Below the pieces are notes generated by a model that was given only the letters and a program-made list of their open reading frames with translations, ran no database searches and was not told where the DNA came from. A stretch of 64,000 nt of DNA, taken from contig CDPCPM010000180.1 in the NCBI GenBank assembly GCA_976551045.1, forward strand, positions 25,048,001 through 25,112,000, written 5' to 3'. A program made the position numbers and the translations under genes. Positions 48,376 through 60,871 of this stretch are shown here, one piece after another. Positions within the stretch are counted from its first letter, which is position 1; each line of letters starts with the position of its first letter. This DNA is from Glaucostegus cemiculus (lineage: Eukaryota).

Positions 48376-50797
48376 ATTAATATATCAGTATTGCAGTGCA
48401 CTTGTCGGTAAATGCGAGTTGTCACTTGACCAAAATTGCAGTATAAAGGCCTTGCTGAAGCTCTCTGGTTGCCTCCACCCTCTCCTCATTTTGACTGTTG
48501 ATACTTTCTGGATCGTCTGGTGTGCTGGGCCTTGCATCTCTTTCAGCAAATCCTTCGTGTCACCATCAATGAAGCTCTCTTTACCTCTGCAGCTGTTGCA
48601 GTTGTCACTGGCCCAAAGTTGCACAATGGCTACCAGCTGTGAACTTGGTGGTCACCTTCCCTCCTTTCTATTTCCTCTTTTAGTTTCTACCCTTTTATTC
48701 CCTTATTTTTTTCCCTTCTGTTCTCTTACTCCTTTCCTTTTTTTCTATTCATTTCTTTCGAATCTATGTCAACTTTTTCCCTTTCTGCCTGGTTAGATGC
48801 AGATTTGTTTGATTATATCTTGCTGAGCTGACATGTCACCTCATTATTACCTTTGGAGACCTGTGGATGACACAGCAATCATTTCTCATCCTGTTCTGTC
48901 TCGGTCAGAGTTCTCTCTGAGTTCTCTGCCAGATACCTGTACTCTTGACTAATGGGCATTTAATTTGTTTCTTGTAATGATCTCAGTGCAAGGGCCCCAT
49001 GATGGGTTAAAAAAACATGAGTACAAGCCCTGACAATACTACAAGGAATTTGGGAAGACTTACATTGTCATTGTAAATCAGTTTATTCTTTCTAGGAGGT
49101 GAAACAAGTACAGGTTGTTGCTAAGACTCTGGTGTATTTGATATAGCCCAATAAAGTTGGCCAGGGAACATCTTCACATTCACTGTAATTTCAAGAGTAC
49201 ACATCACCACTTAATGGATTTGATTGTGTCTGTTGCTAAATGTAGACCAAGACAAATATATTGGGGTTCCCAAATCAATTAATAGACACATTGTTGGATG
49301 ATGAATTCCTCCCTCTAGATGAGTCAAGATATGTATTACCTGGGAAAATTGATTCTTCTTGATGATTAATTTGCTGTCTAGATCTATTACTTTCATAGCA
49401 TTCACAATTAGAGTCTTACTATCCAATGGTATGGAGACAGAACTAATGAGGTGTTAGGAGGTAGTTCATCTAATGGTCCTCTAGCCTGCATAGAAAAAAT
49501 TCCTGGATATTTTCTTATATTCTAAAGATCTCCTGTTTATATTTTTCTAACCATACTCAGGAGATTACTTATCCAATTTTAGTTATGAACTGCATTAGCT
49601 CAGTCTTGGAATATAGTTTGATGCAGACCTTAGCTACTGGACCTGACTGTGTTGGCTCCATATTATGCCAAAACACGTGGTCAGGTCAGGCAGATTGAGT
49701 TGGGTTGTGACTTAGTGTTAGCAGGTAACTGCATTGTTAGAGTGGACGAGGGACTTGAGCTGGGAATGGGGGATGATATTTAGGTCAGAGGCCTGCAGAG
49801 GTTGGAAACAGAATGTTAACTGGGATCAAGAGTCACTTTCCAGGGAGCTTGCTTCACATTTGCCTCAATGCCACAGTCAAGCAGTGACATCCACCCATGG
49901 GGTATGTGTGATGGACTTCGCCCAGATTTGGAGCACCCTTCTTTGCTATAGTCGTTATCAGTGTCTGGGTGTGACAGAATGCCTGTGAGTTGGGTTGGGC
50001 CGGGCCAGATAGATAACATTTTAGTAATCAGCTAGGCCAGATTTAGATCATATTTTAATTTTATATTGAGAAGACCTCTATTTTGATGTATCCTATGGGT
50101 CTTTTGGTTGGGACAATGTGCCATTGTTTGACTGTAATCTCCAATTCTGATGACTCAATACAAAGAAAAATCACAGTCAAACAACTTTTTCCTTGAAAAC
50201 TGTTAATTTACGTTCTTTTTCTTGTCTACTCAAAGTCTGCAAAAAAACTTTGCTTCTCATTGATTCCTTGCTTTACTGAACTTATTTTCTTTGATAATTA
50301 ATACAGCAGCTTTGAGTAGATTTTTTGATTTCATGCTCTGGCTAAATGAATTTCACAAGTTTGGATGAATTGCAAGAACTTTCTGTTCCTTCTCATGAGA
50401 AAAAGAGCACAGTTTGTGACTTCCACTTCCAGCTCCTGCTTTGTCTGCCTCTGGTTTTCTGTTGTGAAGTCACATGATCTCTGATTACTCAACTATGTGG
50501 GGTGCTGTGATCTAGATACTGATTTGCAACCCACAAAGCCATTGAAAGTGGTTTGATTAAGCAAGGACATTCCTATTCCTATTTATGCAGATATCACAAT
50601 ATTATGGGTGTAAGTACTTGTTTAAAACATAGTTAAAAAATGTTATTTCAGGCTATCCACTTTTATTAATTCTGTCCTTCCCCTCCTCCAAAATTCATAT
50701 TTTCAAGAGATTCAACATCCATTCAAAATATTTAAAGAGTTAGCCCGGTTAGCTTTGAAGTTAAAATTGTAATTTGTGCCTGCCTTTGTGGGTACTG

Positions 50798-51115
50798 GTG
50801 TTGATTTATTATTGTCACTTGCACCGAGTTACAGTGAAAAGCTTGTCTTACAAGCCGATTGTACAGGTCGATTCATTACACAGTGCAGTTATATTGAGTT
50901 AGTACAAAGTGCATTGATGTAGTACAGGTAGAAACAGTAATAGTAAAGAGTAAAGTGTCACAGCTACAGAGAAAGTGCAGTGCAATAAGCTGCAAGGTCA
51001 CAACAAGGTAGGTCATGAGGTCATACTCCATCTCATTGTATAAAGGAACTGTTCAATAGTTTTATTACTGTGGGGTAGAAGCTGTCCTTAAGTCTGGTGG
51101 TACATGCCCTCAGGC
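50798..51115 (-). mobile_element. LINE 3' end (Rex1/Babar-like)
   Basis: tttattattgtcacttgcaccgagttacagtgaaaagc..ggggtagaagctgtccttaagtctggtggtac. It is the reverse counterpart of the 20870-21082 tail type. Confidence 0.6.
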
Positions 51116-52199
51116 ACCCTTGAGATACAATAGTGCCACTTCACTCAATAGGATAATCTAACTCAATGTGGAAATTGTGGGAGTCATTTCCGATGGTAGC
51201 TTTCTTGGTTCAGAGACATAAGTTTATTTATTCAAAGTCCTTCTCTGGAGATTGGTGCACAGAACTCCAGACTTAGAGCCCAGTGCAGTGTTATGCAAAA
51301 TGCTAAACTGTTGGAGATGCTGTCATTTGGACAAGTTGCTAAATTGAGTCATTTTGAATTTCAGGGGATTGTGGGATCAAATGGCTTAGTCCTGCTCCTA
51401 TTTTTTTTTGTGCTCTTATAAGAAGGATTGCTTAATTGCCACACAGGTTGTAGAGCAAAACCTAACATTGTCCTTTTTGTTTTAAAGCTTGATATGTAAA
51501 ATTAATTTAGAGCTGCAGACGTTCTGACAATATAGACCACGATTTCGGCCCTTGCGGAGGCTGCCTTTGTCCTTTATATAAACCTGATTTATCATCCCAA
51601 TCCTGAGGTTGTAGGTGTTCCAACACTAGTTGTTTCTGGTCTTGGAAAGTTTTTTTTTAACTTTCCAAATGGCACCAAATGAAACCTCTTCATACCTTTT
51701 TATGTGTGTTGTGGAAATTTATGTTTGAATGAGGTGTGATCTACAACCATCGATCGGTATGATCTGCAGAAAATAGAAACTATGTGTATTATGGATACAG
51801 TCTTATTAAACCTTTTGAGTAAAATCCACACCTAACAGTATTTCACAGACTCTAAGTTCATTGGAGATTTTACTTCTGGTTGGTACATGGGCCATCCTTA
51901 TCAATGTTCTTGTTTTCTCAGATGAATAATGGGATTTTTCTCACTGTCTCAAGTGTATGTGTACTTCGAATATTTCTAAGATTCATTTCTATTACTAATA
52001 AATAACATTGCCAGGCACTTAAATCTAGAAGTTATTGTTCTATGCAAACTTATGAAGATGTCACATAATGAAAAACCTTGCTATCATGTCTGCTCTCATA
52101 TTCTTTATGGCTGGATCATCACAGGAGCAAAGTTGAAAATGAACATTTAGCCCTTGGTTTGCCATTTGGTTAGGTCACAGCTGCAGTGCATCATAAGTC

Positions 52200-53130
52200 T
52201 ACTCACTGGCATGGTTTCATAATCGTTTAATACCCTAACAAAAATTTATCAATCTCAAGTTTATAATCTTCAATGGATTTCCCAACAGTTTCTGGGGTAG
52301 ATTTCCACTGCTTTTCTATATTTGTTGCTTCCTAAGATTGCTTTGAACATCAAGTTGTTTTTAAGATCATGTTCTCTCATCTTGAACTCTGTACCAGATC
52401 CATTTCTTCTCACTATTTACCAAATTATCTCATTTAGATCACCTCCTTATCTACTGCATTAAAGGAAATGCAAGCTTATTTAAACCACCTGTGCTTTGTT
52501 TGAACTCCTTTAACTTTAATTTCATTTTGGTGGACTTGTGCTGTATTGCCCTAAGGGCCAATGCATCCTTCCTTCCAGAGATACAGTATAAAGAGATGAA
52601 TGCAATCTTCCGGATGGTGTTTAACCATAACTTACTGTTCCATTGTTCTTCTGTCACTTTGGGATAGAAATAAAATTTGCATCAGCCTTTTTAGTTGCTT
52701 ATTTTAGTGATTTCTATATTGGACATCCACTTACTCCCAACCCCTACCTCTTATTCTGAATGCAATGTAATCTCTTGATAGATAAAACAGAAAAGAAGTC
52801 CAGGGAGAATGAAGAGGAAGAAGATTCTGGGAAATGTCTCACTAGTTTCCTTAGATGTTTAGATCCTCATATTTAACACGATATACATTGTCTGCTAATT
52901 TACTTACCTTGTGGTACAATCTCTGTTCCAATCAAGAACCAGTGCTGCTGCTGATGATATCAAGGGATGAAAACCTCCCAAATTTGTATCCCATTCCACT
53001 GCTCAACTGCTAACAGAGACTTTAACTAACTGCTCATTGGCCAGGTACCTCCATTAAAATGGCCTATAGCAGAAAACTACATACATTTATCCATCTGTTT
53101 CCACCTTTTTACAGTCATATTTTGTATCTA
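52200..53130 (-). mobile_element. Very old CR1 LINE fragments
   Basis: caacagtttctggggtagatttccact, ttagatcacctcctt and gcatccttccttccag; the minus strand reads ..RKDALALRAIQHK.. Confidence 0.55.
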
Positions 53131-53241
53131 TTGGCCCCTTTGTAATAAGGTGTATTTATTTGTTGAATAGAAGTTAATCTGACCCTCTCACTATCAGTGA
53201 GGTTGAAATGATGATTGTTCATTTTCTTTTCCTTTCCTCAG

Positions 53242-54213
53242 AGGCCTGCTGAGATTGTAGAAGAGGAGGAGAACTTACAAGAGCAGTTTAAAGAAGGCAG
53301 TTATGATGACGGAGATGGTGAGTTCCAGAACATGGAAGAAGAAATTGGTAATGATGTGTTTTACAAAGAAGAGACCCCTATGCCTAGCCAAATAGAAGAA
53401 TATCCTAACTTGCAAGCGAATCCACCTGAAGAAGAAAAGAATGGCAATGCAAGTGAAGCCATCCCTCAAGTGGAAGAAGAAATTGCTGACATTGCAGAGC
53501 AAGAGGTGGAAGATGTTATTCAACCAGAAGAGAATTCTAAAGATAAATATTTTCAGCCAGATGATCTTCCTCAGAAAGAGGAGACCATAGAGGAAAGTGA
53601 AGCTGAACCTCAGGTGGAAGAAGAAATTGATGACCTTGCAGGGCAAGAGGAGGAAGATGCTGATCAGTTGGAAGAGGGTCCTAAAGATAAATATTTTCCT
53701 CCACAGGACCTTTCCCGCGAACAAGAGAAGATAATCGATGAAAGTGAAGCCGAGCTTCAGGTGGAAGAAGAAGTTGTTGACCTTGCAGAGCAAGAGGAAG
53801 AAATTGCTGATCAGTCAGAAGAGAACCCGCAAGATAAGTTTCTTCCAAATGAGGAGCAGGCCGTAGAGGAAAGGGAAGCTGAGCTTCAGGTGGAAGAAGA
53901 AATTACTGATCTTGTAGAGCGAGAGGAGGAAGATGTTGATCAAACAGACGAGGGTCCTAAAGATGAATATTTTCCTCCAGAAGACCTTCCTAATGAAGGA
54001 AAGATAATTGATGAAAGTGAAGCTGAACCTCAGGTGGAAGAAGAAATTGCTGACCTCGCGGAAGAGGAAGGTGCAGATCAGGCAGAGGAGAATCGTGAAG
54101 ATGAATTCCAGGAAAAAGATTTGGATCAGGAATTGGAAGATAGTTCTGCAGAACAAGAGGCTCCACTACAAGAGATAGAGAGTGAAATAGTATCTGCATT
54201 AGAACTCAGCAAG
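53242..54213 (+). CDS. Internal coding exon (324 codons, phase 0/0) encoding a Glu/Asp-rich, internally repeated, probably disordered region of an unidentified protein
   Basis: Strong acceptor ttcattttcttttcctttcctcAG (AG at 53240-53241) and donor AAG|GTAATG at 54214. The frame is open for 972 nt, with about 94 Glu and no Cys, Trp or His. Length differences between repeats are multiples of 3. An in-frame stop follows just inside the intron. Confidence 0.88.
53455..54100 (+). repeat. Coding tandem repeat, 5 units (QVEEE anchors at 53467, 53611, 53758, 53887, 54031)
   Basis: Periods of 144, 147, 129 and 144 nt. Approximate consensus SEAE(P/L)QVEEEIADLAEQEEEDADQxEExPKDKYFPPxDLP. Confidence 0.92.
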
Positions 54214-54949
54214 GTAATGGGCTTTTAATATTTCTGTTTTGTGTTCTCACAAGCGTTTCCACTTCATGTAAAACATCAGAGAAGCACAGAGATGACATTT
54301 GACAAATGTGTTTTAAAAATATAGAAGTGTGTGCAGACATGAATTGGTTTCAGATTCTTGGTCAATAGATGTGATTTGAATACTCGCATTCCATTGGAAA
54401 CTTACTTTACAAATGCATAGGCCATAAGATTGGGCTCTAAAGCACTGTTTTAATCCACGTTATGAGTGCCAATTTGCCTTCTCCTGGCTGTGGGATTCAC
54501 ACAAACATTTTTCACTTGATTTGTGCCATCTGGCCAATTAGATAATGGGATAATGGATGTGTCACTTATGCAGATAAAGTAGTATGCAGAGAGAGTGGGT
54601 GATATTAGGTTTTATGCAATACTGATTTGATGTCCTCACTGCTAAATCGGGCCCCAATGTTTCAGCTATTGTAGATTATATGGGAAGGATTTAACATTTA
54701 GTTGCAGGAAGAACCAGAACCTAACTTTGCTACTTAAAGGAATTCCCAATGACTTTTTGGTTTGTGGGTGATTGAGAACTGTTTGGAGAGAATTGAAAGT
54801 GATTGCCCTGTAAGATGAGGTAAAATTCTCTGAGGTCCTCAGGGTGGACTGTTAATGGGGGTGAGCATATATTCTCTACTTTAGGCCTACCCATTTCCTG
54901 TCAAAGCAAGGTTCAGTGGTGGGTATACTTCTGGGCCATTAAAGTGATA

Positions 54950-55800
54950 GTGAGGAGGAAGAAAGGGTCTGAAGAACATGGTGACATTCTAGAAGAGAAG
55001 GAAGAGGAGAAGAATCCTTATCTCTAGCTCCCATTTGCAGTGTGTATGCAATGAGGGACAATTCCAAGAAAGGCGCCACATCAGCAAGGAAGCGCAGACT
55101 GAGGTCTCTTCCTGTGGAAGCTGCACAGTTGGGTAAGGCTTGTTTAATTAATGACTGTGGAGGTGACAGTGACCCTCAAATTCTTTGCTCTGGCGTCTTT
55201 TCAAGCCGATGCTAGGTACATCAGCAATGTAACTCTATTAACCTGGGTGACAAAGGCTCTCGGGGAGGGATGAATTCATCTCTTCTCTCAAGGCAGAGGG
55301 CACTAGGCAGCTTGTACGTTGGAGGATTGTCAGCAAGTGGGATTCTCAGTGGTGCTGGCTGTGATTGACTCCACCCACACCGTCTCAAAATACTAAGTGC
55401 TCTGTCATTGCAAGAATTTTCAGTCTTTGGATAAGTAATCGGTGTGCAGTCTAGACTGAAGAATCTAATGGTCAATGCCAGAAGGCAGGACTCACAGGAT
55501 TCCACTGCACCTTCTTTCAGCCACTGTGGATGGAAAGAGCTGTCCCTGTATTCCTGGTTGCTGGGCAAGCTCGTCACACAAATGCTCTTACAATGAGGGA
55601 CCAGCTGTTCCCCAGATGTTTGCAGGAATATGGGGATTAATTTTTCACCTCTATCAAATAGCTTGAGCAGGCATTCTGGGCAAAACATCCTCCTTGTACA
55701 CCACAGCTCTTAAAACTAATAGCCTGATGTCTGGTGGGAGAATCTAGGAATCATCAAAAGTTGGTAAACAACTATTAGAAACAAGGAATTGCTTTACTTG
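54950..55800 (+). mobile_element. Decayed PIF/Harbinger (HARBI1-like) DDE transposase
   Basis: Collinear motifs VEVTVTLKFFALASFQA..VTKAL..RDEFI (55151-55285), GFSVVLAVIDSTH (55340-55378), NFQSLDK*SVC, LMVNAR, SWLLG and LMSGG. Confidence 0.75.
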
Positions 55801-55837
55801 GCAGTATGTTTACTTGTGGGCACTCTGGTTTGGCACT

Positions 55838-57265
55838 CTGTTTAGGAAAGGAGGGAGGCAGAAAAAGGGGAATTACAGGCCTATTAGTCTGACATTGGTG
55901 GTTGGAAAGTTATTGGAGTCAATCCTCAAGGACAAAGTTATGGAATACCTTGAGGTGCATGACAAGATAGGTCCAAGTCAGCATGGTTTCCTTAAGGGAA
56001 GGTCCTGCCTGACAACCTATTGAAATTTTCTGAGGTAATCTCAAGTAGGATGGACATGGGAGAAGCAGTGGATGTTGTGTATTTGTATTTTCAAAAGGCC
56101 TTCAATAAGGTGCCGCACAAGAGGCTGCTTAATAATATGAGTGCCCATGGAATTACAGGAAGGATATTAGTATGGGTAGAGCATTAGCTGATAGGCAGAA
56201 AGCAAAGGGTGGGAATAAAGGGATCCTGATCTGGTTGGCTGTTGTTTACTAGTGGTGTTCCGCAGTGGTCAGTGTTGGGGCCGCTTCTTTTTATACTGTA
56301 TATCGATGATTTAGATTATGGAATAAATGGTTTTGTGGCTAAGTTTGCAAATGACACCAAGATAGGTGGAGGAGCAGGAAGTGTTGAAGAAACAGAAAGG
56401 TTGCAGAGTGACTTGGACAGTTTAGGAGGAAGGGCAAAAAATGGAGATGAAATACAATATTGAAAAATGTGCAGTTTTACACTTCGGAAGAAATAAATGG
56501 GTAGATTATTATCTAGATGGGGAGGAAATTCAAAATTTGGAAGTGCAAAGGGACCTGGGGCTCCTTGTGCAGGATACCCTAAAGGTTAACCTCCAGGTTG
56601 GGTTGGCGGTAAAGAAAGCGAATGCTATGTTGTGGCATTCATTTCAAGAGGAATAGCATATAAAAATCAGGATGTGTCGATGAGGCTCTGTGGCACACTG
56701 GTGGGACCTCATTTGGAGTACTGTGTGCAATTTTCGGCCCCTTATTTTAAAAAGGATGTACTGATGTTGGAGAGGGTTCAGAGAAGATTCACAAAGATGA
56801 TTCCTGGAATGAAAGGACTGACATATGAGGAGTGTTTGTTGGTTGTTGGACTATATTGATTGGAGTACAGAAGAATGAGAGGGGACCTCACAGAAACATT
56901 TCGAATGTTAAAAGGACTGGACAGAGTAGATGTGGCTAAGTTGTTTCCCAAGGTGGGTGAGTCCAGGACAAGAGAACACAGTCTTAGAATTAGAGGGTAC
57001 CCACTTAGAACAGAGATGCAGAGAAATTTCTATAGCCAGAGGGTCTTGGATTTATGGAATTTGTTGCCACGTACAGCTGTGGAGGCCTGATCATTGGGGG
57101 TGTTTAAGGCAGAGACTGATAGGTATCTAATTAGTCAGGGTATCAAGGGATATGGGGGAAAGGCCGGGAATTAGAGCTAGATGGGAGAACAGTTCAGCTC
57201 ACGGTGAAGTGGCAGAGTGGACTCAATGGGCCGAATGGCCTACTTCTGCTCCTTTGTCTTGTGGT
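55838..57265 (+). mobile_element. CR1 LINE, about 1.4 kb, pseudogenised RT and 3' end
   Basis: LFRKGGRQKKGNYRPISLT, SQHGFLKGRSCLT, SGVPQWSVLGPLLF, KFANDTKIGG, PHLEYCVQF and YSQRVLDLWN, with tail gggccgaatggcctacttctgctcc. Confidence 0.95.
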
Positions 57266-59349
57266 GACTCTGTTTTCATCTTGAATAAATCCATTGCATT
57301 AACAGGAAACCTACTGGGTAGGGGAAGAACTTACTTAATGGACAAACAGAATTGAAGTATGTATCTCTTACAATCTAATTAAATGCTTACAGGGCTGAAT
57401 GACCTATTCTGGTTGCTATCTCTGCAGACCCGGTTGATGGCATTGGACTCATTATTCTGCAATTAGTTTTAATTTTAAATTGCACTTTACTGACTCAAGC
57501 CTAAATACTTTCATTATAATCATTACAGTAACTCACTCATGCTTCATTGTATTCAGGTATAGTCTTAGAAGCTTAATACAATTAAATCTCACTTATGCAT
57601 TTGGAAGAAATGTTAATTTTGAATAAATTGGGACTAAAGAATGTCTTATAATGATATTGTTAAAGTTCAGTAACACCCATTATACCTGCAATTGCCATTC
57701 AGAATATAGGCAGGAAAAGATTCAGATAGGTTAGGTCAGCACAAGATCTTGTTTGAACATCTTGACAGCCCAAAAAAAACAATATCCAAACAATGAAGTG
57801 CACATATCTAAATTGACAGGACACCACAAGATGGCCTTTAGTGATTCACAATTAATGCATTCATTCGCCTGAGAGTTATACATTATGGATGGTGCATCCT
57901 TTGTTACAGTTGATACTTCTCTAAAGATCTTTCTGATGGATAGCATTATAAATAATAGGATGAAATGTAAACTTTCAACCATGGTGATAAGACAGAAAGC
58001 TTTGAGTGGTTTTTAATCAGAATAATTGTGGTAAAAGGGCTAAAACAAAAATGAGACCATTTAACATTTACATTTAAATTTAAAAATTAAGAATAGCAAA
58101 ATTCAACAAATACCTTCCAGAATGCTCTGTAGTGATAAAGATTCCACCTTGCTGTAAACCAGTTGAAACCAACAAATTTGATAGTTGAATCAATATTTAA
58201 TTCACAGCTTTTCCCCATGTTTCCTGACTCTTTCCCAGCCCCCACCTTCCCTGCTGTTCTCTGCTGTAACCTGATACAGTTTAATAAGTCAAAGTCTGCA
58301 ATTACTGATCCTTCTGAAATTACCAAGTACTATTATGTGTTTGGTAACACACAGAAAATGGACATGGAAATGAAAGAGCATCAACGAAAAAAATCAGTTC
58401 AATTAATTTCTAATTGGTTAGTATTTTCTTTGTCTTAATTACATTAACCACCTCATTTTTTTTTAAAGAAAGAGGTTGCTGAACTGTAAAAGAACTGGGA
58501 GATTTTGTATATTTAAGTATAAAATCCAATCAATCAAGTGAGCTGTTTCATTGATTTCTCTGTTCCAGTTTCAAGTGCCTTTCTTTTCCATGAGATTAGG
58601 TATCATGCCCCATGTGTTATTTGTTTCTGTGTTGTTTTAGTTGTTTGTTGCTTTGGAGTAGTTTTGCTTTGTTTAAAGTTAGCTTTCTTCTGCCTCAATT
58701 TCTGCTTGATGTTGGCCTAAGCTGCATTAACTCTTTTGGAACTCCTTTGACTGAAATAAAAATAATGTAGATTTCAAAATGGAGGACAGAACTTCTTGTA
58801 GAATTGTAAAAATGGCCAATGCAATCAATCTGTATAATTATGAACAGATCTTGATAGACTTGGTTACTGGTAGCATTAGAATAATTACAGTACCAGTTTA
58901 TCTAAAATAAGTCCCATTATAATGTAAATGTATATTCAGTTATATTAAAATTCATGTAATTTCCAAACCTATCCAGATATGTTAATAATTAAAGCAGCAG
59001 TCGTGACAAATACAAGATAGTGTGGTTTATTCAAAATTGTTTCAAAATCAAACTAAAAAAACAACTAAGATCAAACTTAAATTGGTGGGGTAACTTTGAG
59101 GACTCTATCAAAACAAAAAGTCTTTGAATGATTCAACAATATAAATAGATTCTGGGCTGTATCCATTATCATGATGGACCTAGCAGAATGGCAAATTGTT
59201 AATAGTGTCACATGGGAATTAACCATTGTTTCAGGCATTGGCAAACACACAGAAATGTCCTGCTCCATGATCTTTCTTATGCTGCACTTTTGTATGGTGC
59301 AATGTTTGGTGTAGACCAGTCAAGGTGGCCTTTCTAGTGCATTATGAAA

Positions 59350-59600
59350 GGATTGCTGAACTGTCAGAGGTTCTGTTTTTTGGATGATGTAAAAGACCCA
59401 CCTGTGAGGGCAGATTTGAAGAACAGGGACAAATTCTTATCCCATAATCAACATCATTAAAACAGGTCATGATCACATCACTGTTTGTGGAAGCTGTGTG
59501 TAAATGGCTATGCATTTCCCATCTTACATTAGTGACTTGGCTTTAGTGCACCTGAGGCCATATTGAGGGGGGATGTGAAAGGCACCATATGAATGCCATA
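59350..59600 (+). mobile_element. Deu-domain SINE, decayed
   Basis: actgtcagaggttctgttttttggatga..gtaaaagaccca..tttgaagaacagg..aacatcattaaaacag..ctgtttgtgg..gtgaaaggcaccatatgaatgc. Confidence 0.7.
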
Positions 59601-59688
59601 GATTGAAGGTCAAAAGAAAATGGATATGGAGTAAATTTCTTTTGTATGTCGGTGAATGAAACATTGGATGTGAAATGAACAGTTTAAA

Positions 59689-59901
59689 TGCTCTGAGTCA
59701 AGAGCAACGAACAATCTGCTGAAGGAACTCAGTGGGTCAAACAACATCTGTGTGACGAAAGGAATTGTCGATGTTTTGGGTTGAAACCTGCATCAGGACC
59801 TGATAATGGAGAGGTGAGATGGCCAGTGTAAAGAAGGCCAGTTTGTTGCTCCAGATTCCACTAACTGCAGTCTCTGGTGTCTCCTCTGCTCTGAGTCAAG
59901 A
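59689..59901. repeat. Composite pLTR-derived element bracketed by a perfect 15-bp direct repeat
   Basis: TGCTCTGAGTCAAGA at 59689-59703 and 59887-59901. The interior is a minus-strand pLTR piece followed by a plus-strand pLTR end. Confidence 0.75.
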
Positions 59902-60871
59902 CTTGTTTCATTCATTTTCCAAGGTTTCAAGAAGTATTGCATTTTTAAACGAGTACTGTGATCAGAAAATTATGTTAAATAGATTCTTGGAAAGAAATGT
60001 TAGAATCATTAGCACCCATTTTTGAGGGCAGTACAAATTCCCTTAGGATGTCAAAGAGGCACCTTTGGTGCAAATTGTAGGACAAATTGGATTGGCTACA
60101 ATTTTGGCAAGGGGTGCTTTGTGCACACAATGAACATCTCCTGGAAACTGGCAGAGGAGACCGGTAATAATGTCAACCAGTTAGTAATGTTGATTTAATT
60201 CCAGTACTCCCATTCTGAAGCTCAGTGCTCCAGCCATTGACCTCTGTTAATCTTGCATGGTCAAACATATTGAGCTTGGAGAGCCCACTCCACCAAAGCT
60301 GTTTAAATGGATCATCTGTTATTTACAGTTTGCTTAGTTGTTGTTTTTATTATTTATGACTGTTTTCTAATTTCTGCAAGAAAATTTTACATTCTACAGT
60401 CAATTCAAGATCCAGGCTTCAACAGGGAGCTGGTCTGAGAGGTGCTGCAGGACACTTTCCTGACTTCAGGGCTTCTACACAAAACAAATGCTATCCCACG
60501 AGTATCTGGGTCCACTTTGCAGGGCTATCTAATATAGCCTTCATTGAATTTTACAACCGAGAAGAAGCCAATCAACCCTCAGTGCTTTTGCCAGATCCTG
60601 CCCAATTATGTTAATGTTTTAAATATTTATCTATCGTTTGCAATGCAAGTAGCATACTAACTTCAGCTATTGCTCATTTGACTGATTTCTGCATCTAGTC
60701 AATGATGAGCTTGCTGTCCATTGGCTGGATGGGTCCATCTATTTCCCTATTTATCCACTGAAAGCTATGGCAATTCTTCTTTAGCCACTCTTTGGTTGGA
60801 CCTGCTAATGACCCTTAGTATAAAACAAACAGCCTAACCCATCCCTTTCTTCTTTAGTGATGACCTTATAA

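Noticed and set aside
48233-48796. 187-aa ORF
   Set aside because: It is made of a pLTR fragment and a low-complexity pyrimidine tract, with no coding signature.
52781-52835. Purine-rich DKTEKKSRENEEEEDSG mini-exon
   Set aside because: The acceptor is weak, there is no donor, and it is embedded in decayed CR1 sequence.
53275-54199. Antisense Phe/Leu-rich ORFs (172, 113 and 69 aa) that look like membrane proteins
   Set aside because: They are the shadow of the GAA-rich sense exon and have no independent splice or start signals.
53242-54213. Assigning the exon to SPARCL1/SCPP, ASPH, sarcalumenin or a collagen V/XI variable region
   Set aside because: Only composition and exon phase are suggestive, and no diagnostic motif or neighbouring exon is visible.
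53215-54228. Single-exon 337-aa gene as given in the ORF track
   Set aside because: The start is a TTG inside the polypyrimidine tract, and splice sites bound the real coding part at 53242-54213.
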